Below are positions 1 through 12,317 of a DNA stretch of 54,444 nucleotides, piece by piece. Source of the stretch: Octopus bimaculoides. Lineage: Eukaryota. Positions within the stretch are counted from its first letter, which is position 1. Each line of letters starts with the position of its first letter. The stretch spans positions 24,096,895 through 24,151,338 of the forward strand of contig NC_068991.1 of assembly GCF_001194135.2 (NCBI RefSeq). Reading direction: 5' to 3'. Both the position numbers and the translations under genes were made by a program. The notes under the pieces are model-generated. The model saw only the letters and a list, made by a program, of their open reading frames with translations, was not told where the DNA came from and did not search any database.

Positions 1-258
1 CATGGGAACTGCCCATATCCTACGTAAAATACTATCTATGTGATCTCAAATTTTAAAACAAACACATAATTTTCTTATGGTTTCTTAAACATTCACTTGA
101 ACAAAACTGTACAAATCCAAATATATGGTACCCTAGGCATAACACTTACATGAACTTCTAACTTGTTGTCTCTTGAGGTCTCTGGGTGAGACTTGGATCC
201 AACTTGTACAAATGCAAAACAAAAGTCAAACATAAAATAATAATAATAATAATAACAA
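1..258 (+). mobile_element. 3' end of an R4/Dong-like (RLE-type) non-LTR retrotransposon: last ORF codons, 3' UTR and (TAA)n tail
   Basis: Bases 2-43 translate MGTAHILRKILSM*, resembling the C-terminal GTAxILRKxL motif of R4/Dong-clade ORFs. About 190 bp of UTR follow, then an (AAT)n run at 233-258. Confidence 0.65.
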
Positions 259-668
259 CGAAATTCTTCCTCTCCGCCTAAGACCCCTGTATCTCAGTCT
301 ACATTTGCTTTACATTTGGTTCTTGAACATCCAGCATTGGGATCGGACTTAAAAGCATTTGGGTTGCTGTTTCTAGCAGGTAAAATTTGGCTGGTTGGTG
401 TTTTGTCAGATGACGTCAGTGATCAAGGGGGAGATAAATGATATTTGCTTCGTTAATGTTACGTTGAGATAAGAACTTTGGGACTGGAATAATAAAATGA
501 TTGCTTTACGGTATCAATTCTCATTCGTCCGTAACCTCTGATCAAACACCACCGGGATATATAGTCATTATAGACATATTATAGTCATGCTATTTAGCTA
601 TCTTTAGTTTTGGTCCACAAATCTAATTAGCTAACTGAAAAATGCGCGCAGAGTTCGGCTTTTACGCT

Positions 669-739
<71 letters not shown>

Positions 740-1090
740 ATGCCGTCTTATGTATTTTTTAAAGATGTCCTTAAAGTATAAGACAATATTCAAGGTTCTA
801 ATAATACTGCGATATGGTGGTGATCCTGTTCGAGTGTCCGGGTATACCTAGTTCGACTGATCGGGGTGTTTCAGGTTTGCTGGCAGTATGAACGGTTGAA
901 CAGTTGACAAACTATCCTGAAATCCCTGAGCCATGGTAATCACTAGGCATGAGATCTGGGTTCGGTAAGATGGTGAATATTATGAGAAAGTGGGTGATGG
1001 CTGTGGCGAGAAGGTTGAAATTGTGATATTAGAATGGAGAAAGGAGGAAGACGAGAGGTTCATTAAGAACCTTAGTTATTAGCGGTTTAT

Positions 1091-1308
1091 ATTGGTTTCA
1101 AATTTTGGGGAAGAGACCGGCAATTTCGGAGGCGGGAGTAAGTCAATCACATTGACCCCAGTGTTCAAATGGTACATATTTCATCGACTCCGGAAGAATG
1201 GCAGGCAAAGTCGACTTCAACAGAATTTGAACTTACTATGTAAGGACAGACAAACTTCTGATAAGCATTTTGGCCGGCGTGCAAACGATTCTGCCTGCTC
1301 GCCGCCCT
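1091..1308 (-). mobile_element. tRNA-derived SINE, family A (working label)
   Basis: Reverse complement starts GGCGGCGAGCAGGCAGAATCGTT (A-box-like) and has AGTTCAAATTC (B-box-like). Homologous to 1408-1630, 21354-21570 and 40848-41055. Confidence 0.8.
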
Positions 1309-1407
1309 AGATTAGAGGTTTATGTTAATGAAAAATAGTGTTTTGGTTCACTCTTTAAACTATATCTACTTCTGACTCTTCAGCAGATTATGAGTACTGC
1401 GACTGTA

Positions 1408-1630
1408 AATAATCCTTTTTTACTATAGGCACGAGGCCTGAAATTTTGTGGAAGGGGACTAGTCGATTAGATTGACACCAGTGTTTCCCTGGTACTAAAT
1501 TTATCGACCCCGAAAGGATGAAAGGCAAAGTCGACCTTGGTGGACTTTGAACTCAGAACGTAGCAGCAGACGAAATACCGCTAAGCATTTCGCTGGGCGC
1601 GCTAACGATTCTGCCAGCTCGTCGCCTTTG
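1408..1630 (-). mobile_element. tRNA-derived SINE, family A, near full length
   Basis: Reverse complement AAGGCGACGAGCTGGCAGAATCGTTAGC...GTTCTGAGTTCAAAGTCC...GGGGTCGAT...CAGGCCTCGTGCCTATAGTA; several homologues in the window. Confidence 0.9.
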
Positions 1631-2062
1631 TAGCTGTAAATGAGGGTTACTTTTGGGATTGTTTTTCAGATTCCAACTCTAACATATGTACCAATACAAT
1701 TTCTTTATACAAGAGACTATCAAAAGGTCTTGGTGAAAGCAGAGGATTAACATACCGATAGTGGAGCTTACACTTCTTTAGCGCATATGAAGTCATCTGT
1801 AGCCACCAATAGCTTCATCATATTTAATATCAATGTCGGGTGAATGGTTCTCGCTTCTTGCTGGGCAACGAAACTAATGGTCTGTGTTTTGGAGACATGG
1901 GCGAGTAGTTCTTGTATATGGTTTGTAAGATTTTAAATTAGTACATTAAGAATACTAAGCAGATCTGTTGTGATACTTCTGATGAGCAGTTTTGGCCTAA
2001 CTTCCTCACAACCAGGAATAACCAGCTAAGAAAGATTTACGACTCTCCTTTCATTAGTTTCG

Positions 2063-2190
2063 TGAAGGCTTGTGGCTTAGTGGTTTGTGAGTCCTGCTCA
2101 ACATCTTTAGGTTGTGGGTCTAACCTTCCGGCCTGGAGACGCGTTCGATCTTTGAGAAATGCATTTCATTTCACGTTGCAGCAGACTGGT
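2063..2190 (+). mobile_element. Diverged SINE family C head
   Basis: GAAGGCTTGTGGCTTAGTGGTT...ATTTCACGTTGC aligns loosely with 48825-48940. Confidence 0.45.
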
Positions 2191-2399
2191 AACCCGTTCA
2201 ACGAGTAAATCTTGTACTCTAAAGCCCTAAATCCCTAAAGAAACCAAAATGAACACCGGCCTGAGGTTTAACCAAGGAAAAGGTCGTGAGCTGGACCAAC
2301 AGTACAGCGTTGTATTAGTGCAATTACTGTCAGAATGCCAAGAGTAGGAACAGGTACCACAACGCATCCTACCTGACTTTCTGAATGTTCCTACCAGCT

Positions 2400-2550
2400 C
2401 ATCGTACTGAGTTGATACTATTTTTTCTATCAATCTTAAAAAGGATGAAAATCAGAATTAATCTAGGTTGGGAGTTGAACTCAGATCGCAGAAAGTTGGA
2501 TAAAATACTGTGAAGCATTCTTTTCAACAATCAAACGACTGCAAATTCAC
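2400..2550 (-). mobile_element. Diverged SINE family A fragment
   Basis: Contains AAAGGATGAAA and TTGAACTCAGA motifs shared with 1500-1560. Confidence 0.45.
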
Positions 2551-2883
2551 CATCTTTAAATTACATCCTAACAGTTTTAAATACAAGGTTATTGAACAAT
2601 GTAGCCACTGATATTTTAAAAAAGAGAAAGCCTATATGTGCTTATTTAAATTGCTAGAAATGGCACTGACACCTCTCTCAAATTACGTTCTATGGTTTTA
2701 AATAAACAAGGACACTTGGATATTGTAGTCCCTGACAAAAAAAATGCCCCCCCCCTCCACCAAAAAAAAACAGGATGATCATGGCTCGAGACAGACTTTA
2801 ACTATGACTTTATTTGTTCCACTGAAGTGAACAACTTCCAGAGTAGGACCTGACCCGGCATCAAACGTCATAGGTCCAATACT

Positions 2884-2959
2884 GGTTTCAAAAATTTTGA
2901 AACAAGGCCAGCAATTTCGGGAAAGGGGTTAAGTTGATTACATCGAGCCCAGTGCTCAA
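2884..2959 (-). mobile_element. SINE family A 3' end, cut by a gap
   Basis: GGTTTCAAAAATTTTGAAACAAGGCCAGCAATTTCGGG matches the tail of the copies at 21540-21570 and 32596-32640. Confidence 0.6.
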
Positions 2960-3549
2960 NNNNNNNNNNNNNNNNNNNNNNNNNNNNNNNNNNNNNNNNN
3001 NNNNNNNNNNNNNNNNNNNNNNNNNNNNNNNNNNNNNNNNNNNNNNNNNNNNNNNNNNNNNNNNNNNNNNNNNNNNNNNNNNNNNNNNNNNNNNNNNNNN
3101 NNNNNNNNNNNNNNNNNNNNNNNNNNNNNNNNNNNNNNNNNNNNNNNNNNNNNNNNNNNNNNNNNNNNNNNNNNNNNNNNNNNNNNNNNNNNNNNNNNNN
3201 NNNNNNNNNNNNNNNNNNNNNNNNNNNNNNNNNNNNNNNNNNNNNNNNNNNNNNNNNNNNNNNNNNNNNNNNNNNNNNNNNNNNNNNNNNNNNNNNNNNN
3301 NNNNNNNNNNNNNNNNNNNNNNNNNNNNNNNNNNNNNNNNNNNNNNNNNNNNNNNNNNNNNNNNNNNNNNNNNNNNNNNNNNNNNNNNNNNNNNNNNNNN
3401 NNNNNNNNNNNNNNNNNNNNNNNNNNNNNNNNNNNNNNNNNNNNNNNNNNNNNNNNNNNNNNNNNNNNNNNNNNNNNNNNNNNNNNNNNNNNNNNNNNNN
3501 NNNNNNNNNNNNNNNNNNNNNNNNNNNNNNNNNNNNNNNNNNNNNNNNG

Positions 3550-3683
3550 AGGGAGAAGAGACAGAGGGAGAAGAGACAGAGGGAGAAGAGACAGAGGGAG
3601 AAGAGAGAGAGGGAGTGAGAAGGAGAAAAGAGAGATGGGTGGGAAAAGAGAGCAAGGGGAGGGAGAAAAGAGAGAGGGGAGGC

Positions 3684-3718
<35 letters not shown>
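3550..3718. repeat. GA-rich minisatellite (GAGGGAGAAGAGACA x3) plus (GA)n
   Basis: 15-bp unit visible directly after the gap. Confidence 0.85.
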
Positions 3719-3720
<2 letters not shown>

Positions 3721-4269
3721 GACTGAAACAGTGATAGATGAATACGTTAAATTAGGGAGAGGCAGAGGTAATAGCTGAAAGAAGTCTGTGTGTGTGTGTG
3801 TGTGTGTACGTATGTGTGTGCGCTCGCACGCGCGTATATGTTCAACAAATTTCTTAGATTCTTGAACGGTTCCTTGTCTTGTCACTGCGTTGTTTGTTTA
3901 CAAATTCTGGCGACTGCAAGTGTTTCATTAAATCCAATGTTTGTCACTGTGACTTGCAAGTCGCATTAAATTGTAATGAAATTTTAAACCTCAATAAACA
4001 CGTCGTATAATAGCTCCAAACATCACAGATAACATCATCATTAAGCAAACAGGATACAATCTTCTGTTCTTTGATAAAAGTCTACAAGTTTAACTTGACA
4101 AACTTCCAAACACTGGACGTGCAGGTTATTGTTTGTTTGTTGCCATCTTACAATCTTGTCCGATTACAGTATCCAACTGTTGAGAAGCAGTCAAGGTGAA
4201 AGATACCGCCTAAACATTTCTCTCATAAAGACAGCGACCCTTTATTTCCCATTCTCTCCCTTACTCTCT

Positions 4270-4294
4270 TTCTTCATTTCTTCATTTCTTCATT

Positions 4295-4340
<46 letters not shown>

Positions 4341-4394
4341 TTTCTTTCTTCCTTCCTTTCTTTCTTTCGTTCGTTCATTCTTTCTTCCTTCCGT

Positions 4395-4426
<32 letters not shown>

Positions 4427-4456
4427 TCCCTCTATTTTCTATCCGATTATCTTTCC

Positions 4457-4526
<70 letters not shown>
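4270..4526. repeat. Compound microsatellite (CTTT)n-(CT)n-(TA)n
   Basis: Direct inspection. Confidence 0.95.
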
Positions 4527-4530
<4 letters not shown>

Positions 4531-4721
4531 CTAGATGTCCATTAAATTTGAAATATTAATTGTTGATATGACATGGTATGTCATAAGTGTCTGTATATTG
4601 TTTTTTGTCAATTTAGTTATAAAATAAACAGATTAATCAACGGAAAACTGTCTGCAAGTTGATTAGTACCTCATATTCCCCTCCATTTTCTTATTGCTAT
4701 ATGTATATATATATATATAGG

Positions 4722-4761
<40 letters not shown>

Positions 4762-4764
4762 ATA

Positions 4765-5263
4765 TTCTTTTATTTGTTTCAGTCATTTGACTGCGGCCAT
4801 GCTGGAGCACCGCCTTTAGTCGAGCAAATTGACCCCAGGAATTATTTTTTGTAAGCTTAGTACTTATTCTATGGGTCTCTTTTGCCGAACCGCTATGTTA
4901 CGGGGACGTAAACACACCAGCATCGGTTGTCAAGCCATTTTGGAGGAATAAACACGGACACACAAACACACCCACATACATACATACATAATACATACAT
5001 ACATATATATATATAAAACGTAAGGCTTTCTTTACCTAACGCTATTATTATACCACCATATACATTAATATATCCACTAATCACTTCTACATCTCTCACA
5101 CCTTGAACTCTTAACATACTCCTCAACATTCTGNNNNNNNNNNTTTTTTGAACTATATATATATATATATATATACGACGGGCTTCTTTCAGTTTCCGTC
5201 TAGCAAATCCACTCACAAAGCTTTGGCTGGCCCGAGGCTATAGTAGAAGACACTTGCCCAAGG
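4765..5263 (-). mobile_element. SINE family B (internal-microsatellite type), 5' truncated, spanning a 10-N gap
   Basis: TTTGTTTCAGTCATTTGACTGCGGCCATGCTGGAGCACCGCC is the family 3' end; GACGGGCTTCTTTCAGTTTCCGTC...CACTTGCCCAAGG is the 5' part. Homologous to 39034-39485. Confidence 0.85.
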
Positions 5264-5654
5264 TCTTTCCAATTTCTCTTCTTTTTCTTTCATTCTTTCT
5301 ATTTTTCTTTCTTTCTTCCTTCCTTTCTTCCTCAAATGTTAATACAGGAGCAGATAATTGAGCTGATCCTCATCCTCGATCGACAGACATCCACCATTCC
5401 TAGAAAAAAAAAAGAAAAGAAAAGAAATAGTGGTCGTACTCCTTTACCGGGCACTTGTTGCTGAATGGAGGGAAAGAAGTTTTGCCCAGACCAGAATCTG
5501 GTCCATATGTCTGTAACCATATTCAGCAAAGGGTGATGCGGTGGTATTCAACAGGCGATGGATTACGTTTATCAACTAAGAACAGGAATGGTTCCTCTCG
5601 TAGATTTTCAAACAGTTTCTTTCTAGCAAGTTTCATTGACAAGAATTGGGTCGA

Positions 5655-5745
5655 CTCGAGCCTATGGTAAAAAATACTTGCCTTCAGTATCACATGGTAA
5701 ATTTGAACTTGAAGCCATGCAATTGTGAAGTGAGTTTCTTCCTCC
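5655..5745 (-). mobile_element. Diverged SINE family B head
   Basis: CCTATGGTAAAAAATACTTGCC...GAACTTGAAGCCATGCAATTGTGAAG resembles the reverse complement of the family B head. Confidence 0.4.
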
Positions 5746-6019
5746 CTTTCATCCTTCCTTCCTTCTCACTGTTCTTCCTCTTTTTTCCTTCTCGCTGTTC
5801 TTCCTCTTTCTTCCTTCTTTCCTTCTTCCCTTCTTCCCTATCTTCCTTCCTCACGTCTTTCCTTCCTACGGCACCTAGTACTTGGGTACATAGCGCACCC
5901 TCAACATTTAGTCTTTGGCTGTTTCTAGGCGGATTCCACTCTTTTGCTGACCAAGTCTTCATTCTGGTGAAAAACCCATCAATCGTGGTTTCTTCCTCTC
6001 TTTACCAAAGACCCAATGC

Positions 6020-6079
<60 letters not shown>

Positions 6080-7018
6080 NNNNNNNNNNNNNNNNNNNNN
6101 NNNNNNNNNNNNNNNNNNNNNNNNNNNNNNNNNNNNNNNNNNNNNNNNNNNNNNNNNNNNNNNNNNNNNNNNNNNNNNNNNNNNNNNNNNNNNNNNNNNN
6201 NNNNNNNNNNNNNNNNNNNNNNNNNNNNNNNNNNNNNNNNNNNNNNNNNNNNNNNNNNNNNNNNNNNNNNNNNNNNNNNNNNNNNNNNNNNNNNNNNNNN
6301 NNNNNNNNNNNNNNNNNNNNNNNNNNNNNNNNNNNNNNNNNNNNNNNNNNNNNNNNNNNNNNNNNNNNNNNNNNNNNNNNNNNNNNNNNNNNNNNNNNNN
6401 NNNNNNNNNNNNNNNNNNNNNNNNNNNNNNNNNNNNNNNNNNNNNNNNNNNNNNNNNNNNNNNNNNNNNNNNNNNNNNNNNNNNNNNNNNNNNNNNNNNN
6501 NNNNNNNNNNNNNNNNNNNNNNNNNNNNNNNNNNNNNNNNNNNNNNNNNNNNNNNNNNNNNNNNNNNNNNNNNNNNNNNNNNNNNNNNNNNNNNNNNNNN
6601 NNNNNNNNNNNNNNNNNNNNNNNNNNNNNNNNNNNNNNNNNNNNNNNNNNNNNNNNNNNNNNNNNNNNNNNNNNNNNNNNNNNNNNNNNNNNNNNNNNNN
6701 NNNNNNNNNNNNNNNNNNNNNNNNNNNNNNNNNNNNNNNNNNNNNNNNNNNNNNNNNNNNNNNNNNNNNNNNNNNNNNNNNNNNNNNNNNNNNNNNNNNN
6801 NNNNNNNNNNNNNNNNNNNNNNNNNNNNNNNNNNNNNNNNNNNNNNNNNNNNNNNNNNNNNNNNNNNNNNNNNNNNNNNNNNNNNNNNNNNNNNNNNNNN
6901 NNNNNNNNNNNNNNNNNNNNNNNNNNNNNNNNNNNNNNNNNNNNNNNNNNNNNNNNNNNNNNNNNNNNNNNNNNNNNNNNNNNNNNNNNNNNNNNNNNNN
7001 NNNNNNNNNNNNNNNNNN

Positions 7019-7059
<41 letters not shown>

Positions 7060-8142
7060 CTCTCTCTATATATAGAATACAGTCGTTGTAAGTCTTCAAA
7101 TCGTAATCAACCGATAAAGCAACGCTTGTATACAAGAATTTTCAAAATAGGGGGTTAAAGGAAGGAAAACAATAGCTACTGTTTCTTACAACTGTATTTC
7201 CTTGTTTCCGTAGCCCTTATCCCCACTCTCTCTCCTATTCCTTCTCCCCCTGTCTTTCTCTTATTCCCTCTCCTCCTCTCTCTAATTTTGTTAAACTTTC
7301 ATTACCGTTACCAACATCTTTATTAGAACAACAGCCGACAAAACCACGCACCACTGGCACTGTCACCTGGGGCAAAATTGGAAAGGAAATTCAAAGAAAC
7401 ATTTGTGTGCCATTGGGTCCCTTGCATCCAACAGATGAACTTTGAATAAGTGTACTTGGATTTTTTTTTCCTTTTCACAAACGTTCCAATATATCAGAAA
7501 ATCGGACTATAAACTGTTGATTATATGTTAGAAAGAGAAGTGATAGCCAAGCAGCCAAGCAGCCAGCCAGCCAGCCAGCCAGCCAGACAGACAGACAGAC
7601 AGACAGACAAGCAGACAAACTGACAGACAAATGAATCTGGAGAGGTGGAAGGATGGATGAACCGACTACTGACAGACACTCTGATCGCAAGGGAAGTAAC
7701 AAATTGCAACAAAGACTAAACACTGAGACCGCATGACATAAAAAGACAAGCAACAAAGACCAGCCATCCAAAGCGGAGAGTTCTGATAATCGCTGTGTGG
7801 CACAGTTGAACTTTTTGATTTAATGAGTTGTGATGGGTTTTATAATACTTGCCAATCAGAGCCAATAGGTCGGAGACTGTGTACATGGTTATGATGGTGG
7901 TGGTGGATGGCTAGCAATAGACGTCGTCGTCGTTATTTTGAGTCAGTTTTGATCAATCAGAGCCGTTCTAGTTGTGATCTCCTCGTCTTTTGCTATATCT
8001 TTAAACTACTATATTGTCCTAGCAATTTCGTCGGTAGAGGGTGTAAGTTCAGGGAGATTTGGTTTCTGTTACTAGCACAATGAGTGACTGCAAAGAGTCT
8101 CGCTCGTTGATCAGTAATGTGGCCTGTATTTTCTGTAGTTTG

Positions 8143-8154
8143 TGTTGTTGTTGT

Positions 8155-8216
<62 letters not shown>

Positions 8217-8217
8217 G
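8143..8217. repeat. (GTT)n-(GAT)n trinucleotide microsatellite
   Basis: Direct inspection; explains the poly-His and poly-Ser ORF artefacts. Confidence 0.95.
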
Positions 8218-8895
8218 TATAATCTGTTTGTGAAGGTGTTCCAAGTTGTTAGTGTGGCCGTAGTGACTGAAATGGGAAAATGTGACATTTATATGGAAGA
8301 CTATCACCTTCATATAGTCTTGTCAATATTAGCTACAGGAGTAAATATTATTGGCACCAAATAGCGTGTTTGTTTTATGTGTGTCACATGCGTGTAGGAG
8401 TATGTGTATGTGTATCAGAGTGTGCGTTTAAGTAGTGTATACGTGTGTTTCAGTGAGTGTCTGTGTCTGAGTGTGTGTGTACGCACATTTGTATGTGTGT
8501 ATGTGTGCGCCTGCGGCGTGTATTTGTGGGCGCACGTATGTAAGTGTGTATGTGTGTTGAGTATGTTAGTGTGCGTTAGTTTGTTCTTGAATAAACATTA
8601 GCATGCATAAGCGCGCCTTTTTCTGTCTCTTCTCTCATGGCTTGTCTACCTAGCGTTCTTGTTAACACTTTCACCCTCCGCAAAAAATCCCAAATTTTAT
8701 TTAATTTGCTTTGCGGGAAGGACTGCTTCAACGAAGTCGCGTATTGTCCTTTCCTTCGGAACGCGGAGTAGATGGAACAGGGACAACTGACGAAGGAGTA
8801 TACTCTTTATGTTGCATGTCTCGTTTCTCTGTTTGTTTTTTCCGTTGTTCGAAAAAAAGTTCGTTTTCTGTTTTTGTTTTTATGTTTTCGTTTCT

Positions 8896-9649
8896 CATTG
8901 CATTGTATAATGATGAGCATACAAGCACATACGCATAATGCCTTGTATACTGAAATTAATACGAGATAAATTTGTGAAACGGCCTATGGAAATCGCTTGA
9001 TTAAGTATATATATCTTTTTTGTTTTGATGTCCTGTACCCATATATGCATGTATATATACATATATATGTAGGTATGTACATATATGTATGGATATATGC
9101 ATATATTTATATATTATTTATATCATCATAAGCGAATATTTGCATATGTGTGTGTGTATGTATGTGTGCATGTGTGTGTGTGTGTTTACGTACGTACGAC
9201 CTATTTTCTGTCCCTTCCTTGACCCTTGTGATGGTGAGGCACATGTCAACGCGTCACGCGAGTCTTTGTGTCTGTCAGACGTTTTGCGTGAGCATTTTCT
9301 TTTTTATAACTGTAATGGATCTCCGTCGTTCTCGATGGTGAGCATTCAGTTGTTCAATCAATTGAATTAAAATCTCACTGAATGAGTAAGTGGCTGAGTA
9401 TTCCACAAACGCCCGTGTACCGTTAACGCAATCTTGCAGCAGAGTCAACGTGATAGTGTGTGATAAACGTGATAGGAGCGTGATAAACGTGACAGGAGCG
9501 TGATAAAAATGAATACACAAATATACCATTGCATTGTATAATGATGAGCTACAAGCACGTACGCATAATGCCTTGTATACTGAAATTAATACGAGATAAA
9601 TTTGTGAAACGGCCTATGGAAATCGCTTGATTAAGTACATATATCTTTT
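8896..9649 (+). repeat. ~123-bp direct repeat pair (8896-9019 and 9527-9649)
   Basis: CATTGCATTGTATAATGATGAGC...GATTAAGTAYATATATCTTTT occurs twice with about 3 differences. Confidence 0.95.
9321..9465 (-). mobile_element. Diverged SINE C/D body fragment
   Basis: AAGTGGCTGAGTATTCCACAAAC matches AAGTGGCTGAGTACTCCACAGAC at 10145-10167. Confidence 0.55.
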
Positions 9650-9650
9650 A

Positions 9651-9812
9651 ATTTTTACTTGTTTCAGCCATGAAATTGCGGCTATACTGGGGCACTGGCT
9701 TGAATTCATTTTAGTCGAATGAATTCACCTCAGTACTTATTCTTTAAGCCTGGTACTAATTCTATCGGTTTCTTTTGCCGTACCGCTAAGTTACGAGGAT
9801 GCAAACATACCA
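9651..9812 (-). mobile_element. SINE family B 3' half
   Basis: TTTACTTGTTTCAG...TCTTTTGCCGTACCGCTAAGTTACG homologous to 4770-4905. Confidence 0.75.
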
Positions 9813-9836
9813 CCACACACATATCTTGATAGATAG

Positions 9837-9902
<66 letters not shown>

Positions 9903-9957
9903 GCACACAGACACACAGATAAAGATAGATAGATAGATAGATACACACACAGAGACT

Positions 9958-10005
<48 letters not shown>

Positions 10006-10063
10006 TGAGTGCTTGTGGGTATGTCTTCACCTACTATGAAAATATTGCACTCTTAGGTCCCAA

Positions 10064-10383
10064 CATAACCCTCCGCCTGTCACGACGACGAAGGTTCTCG
10101 TTGATCCGATCAACAGAACAATCCGCTCGTGAAATTAACGTACAAGTGGCTGAGTACTCCACAGACACGCGTACCCGAGAGAGATTCAGCGTGACAGCGC
10201 ATATGACAAGACCGGCCTTTTTAAATACAGGTACTACTCATCTTTGCCAGCTGAGTGGACTGGAGCAACATAAAATTAAAGTGTCTTGCTCAAGGACACA
10301 ACACGCTGCCGGGGATCAAACTCATGACCTAACGACCTTGCCAAGAACCGAATACCTCAACCACTAAGCCACGCATTTTCCAT
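10064..10383 (-). mobile_element. SINE family C, near full length
   Basis: Reverse complement aligns end to end with 48825-49140 (head GCGTGGCTTAGTGGTT, GTCCTTGAGCAAGAC segment, body TTAATTTCACGAGC). Confidence 0.85.
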
Positions 10384-11688
10384 CTTCATAAATAACTCTT
10401 ACCTGTATGCATTTCTATATTACAAGCTGACTGTACGCTGTTCAGCAGCTTAACGATTAATTATTTTGCATTGCGCCAACGGCGTTGCAATATCGCATTC
10501 GGCGGTCACTTTATTCTATTTGAATTGCAAATAAAAGGTTTCATAATGAAGGGAATCCTTTTATCGCTAGCTGTTTCAATTCATTGTTGCATTTTTTCTT
10601 TCACTTAGTAACGAAAAAAAAAAAAAAAAGAGAAAATCTTACACATTCAACACTTAAAATGCCCGATTCTCAACAAATATTTTTTTTCCACTTATGTTGA
10701 GCACCTTTTACGTCTACTTATATATTTATATATGAATACATATATACATACATACATACATAAATACATATAAATGTATATATACACACACATCTATATG
10801 TACATATATATATATATATACACACACACGCATATATATATATATATTTTTATATATATATATATATNNNNNNNNNNNNNNNNNNNNNNNNNNNNNNNNN
10901 NNNNNNNNNNNNNNNNNNNNNNNNNNNNNNNNNNNNNNNNNNNNNNNNNNNNNNNNNNNNNNNNNNNNNNNNNNNNNNNNNNNNNNNNNNNNNNNNNNNN
11001 NNNNNNNNNNNNNNNNNNNNNNNNNNNNNNNNNNNNNNNNNNNNNNNNNNNNNNNNNNNNNNNNNNNNNNNNNNNNNNNNNNNNNNNNNNNNNNNNNNNN
11101 NNNNNNNNNNNNNNNNNNNNNNNNNNNNNNNNNNNNNNNNNNNNNNNNNNNNNNNNNNNNNNNNNNNNNNNNNNNNNNNNNNNNNNNNNNNNNNNNNNNN
11201 NNNNNNNNNNNNNNNNNNNNNNNNNNNNNNNNNNNNNNNNNNNNNNNNNNNNNNNNNNNNNNNNNNNNNNNNNNNNNNNNNNNNNNNNNNNNNNNNNNNN
11301 NNNNNNNNNNNNNNNNNNNNNNNNNNNNNNNNNNNNNNNNNNNNNNNNNNNNNNNNNNNNNNNNNNNNNNNNNNNNNNNNNNNNNNNNNNNNNNNNNNNN
11401 NNNNNNNNNNNNNNNNNNNNNNNNNNNNNNNNNNNNNNNNNNNNNNNNNNNNNNNNNNNNNNNNNNNNNNNNNNNNNNNNNNNNNNNNNNNNNNNNNNNN
11501 NNNNNNNNNNNNNNNNNNNNNNNNNNNNNNNNNNNNNNNNNNNNNNNNNNNNNNNNNNNNNNNNNNNNNNNNNNNNNNNNNNNNNNNNNNNNNNNNNNNN
11601 NNNNNNNNNNNNNNNNNNNNNNNNNNNNNNNNNNNNNNNNNNNNNNNNNNNNNNNNNNNNNNNNNNNNNNNNTATGTATGTATGTATG

Positions 11689-11719
<31 letters not shown>

Positions 11720-11754
11720 GTATGTATGTATGTATGTATGTATGTATGTATGTA

Positions 11755-12317
11755 TCAGGTCATCCCATAAGTTCTGTCTGAATTTTGAATAAAGAGAACA
11801 AGTGACCAAATGTTATATTTAATTGAAATCTAATCATCAATGTAGTTTCCCTGATTATATATGACTTCCTTCCATCTATTTACAAGCATTTTAATCCCAT
11901 CAATGTAAAGCTCTTTTGGTTTCAAGGCAAAGAACTCTGAAATGTCAGTTTCGACCTCCTCCTGGCTTGCGAAAGTTATGTCCCCCAAATGATTCTGTAA
12001 ACTACGAAACAAATGGTAGTCTGAAGGAGCAAGGTCGGGAGAATAAGGTGGATGAGGAATTTTTTCCCAACCAAGCTCTTCGATCTTTTGTGATGTAATA
12101 TTTGCAGTGAGGGATGGTGCATTGTCCTGATGAAACATCACTCCTTTTTGATTCACTAAAGCAGGTCTTTTTTTCTTCAAAGCTTGGTTCAAGCACTCTA
12201 ATTGCTGACAGTAGACTTGAGCATTCATTGTTGCATTAGGTGGTAACAATTCAAAGTGAATTACTCCTTTGCAATCCCACCAGATAGAGAGAAGAATCTT
12301 TTTCTCATGAAGTTCCC
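11755..12317 (-). mobile_element. mariner (DD34D) transposon, 3' half; remainder runs into a gap
   Basis: ORF 11830-12249 has HQDNAP...HPPYSPDLAPSDYHLF with 34 residues between the last two Asp. Upstream codons read LHEKKILLSIWWDCKGVIHFEL. Terminal repeat TCAGGTCATCCCATAAG follows a TA inside (TATG)n. Confidence 0.95.

Noticed and set aside
790-1090. GC-richer segment that might be a LINE or PLE remnant
   Set aside because: No diagnostic motif in the frames I translated; left unannotated.
8290-8316. TGGAAGACTA (miR-7-like start) in a small hairpin
   Set aside because: Only 10 nt match and the hairpin is far too short for a pre-miRNA.
9448-9507. Short regular repeats (also 13498-13534, 15814-15989 and ~42521-42584) as CRISPR-like arrays
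   Set aside because: Head-to-tail tandem units without unique spacers, in eukaryotic context with no cas genes.
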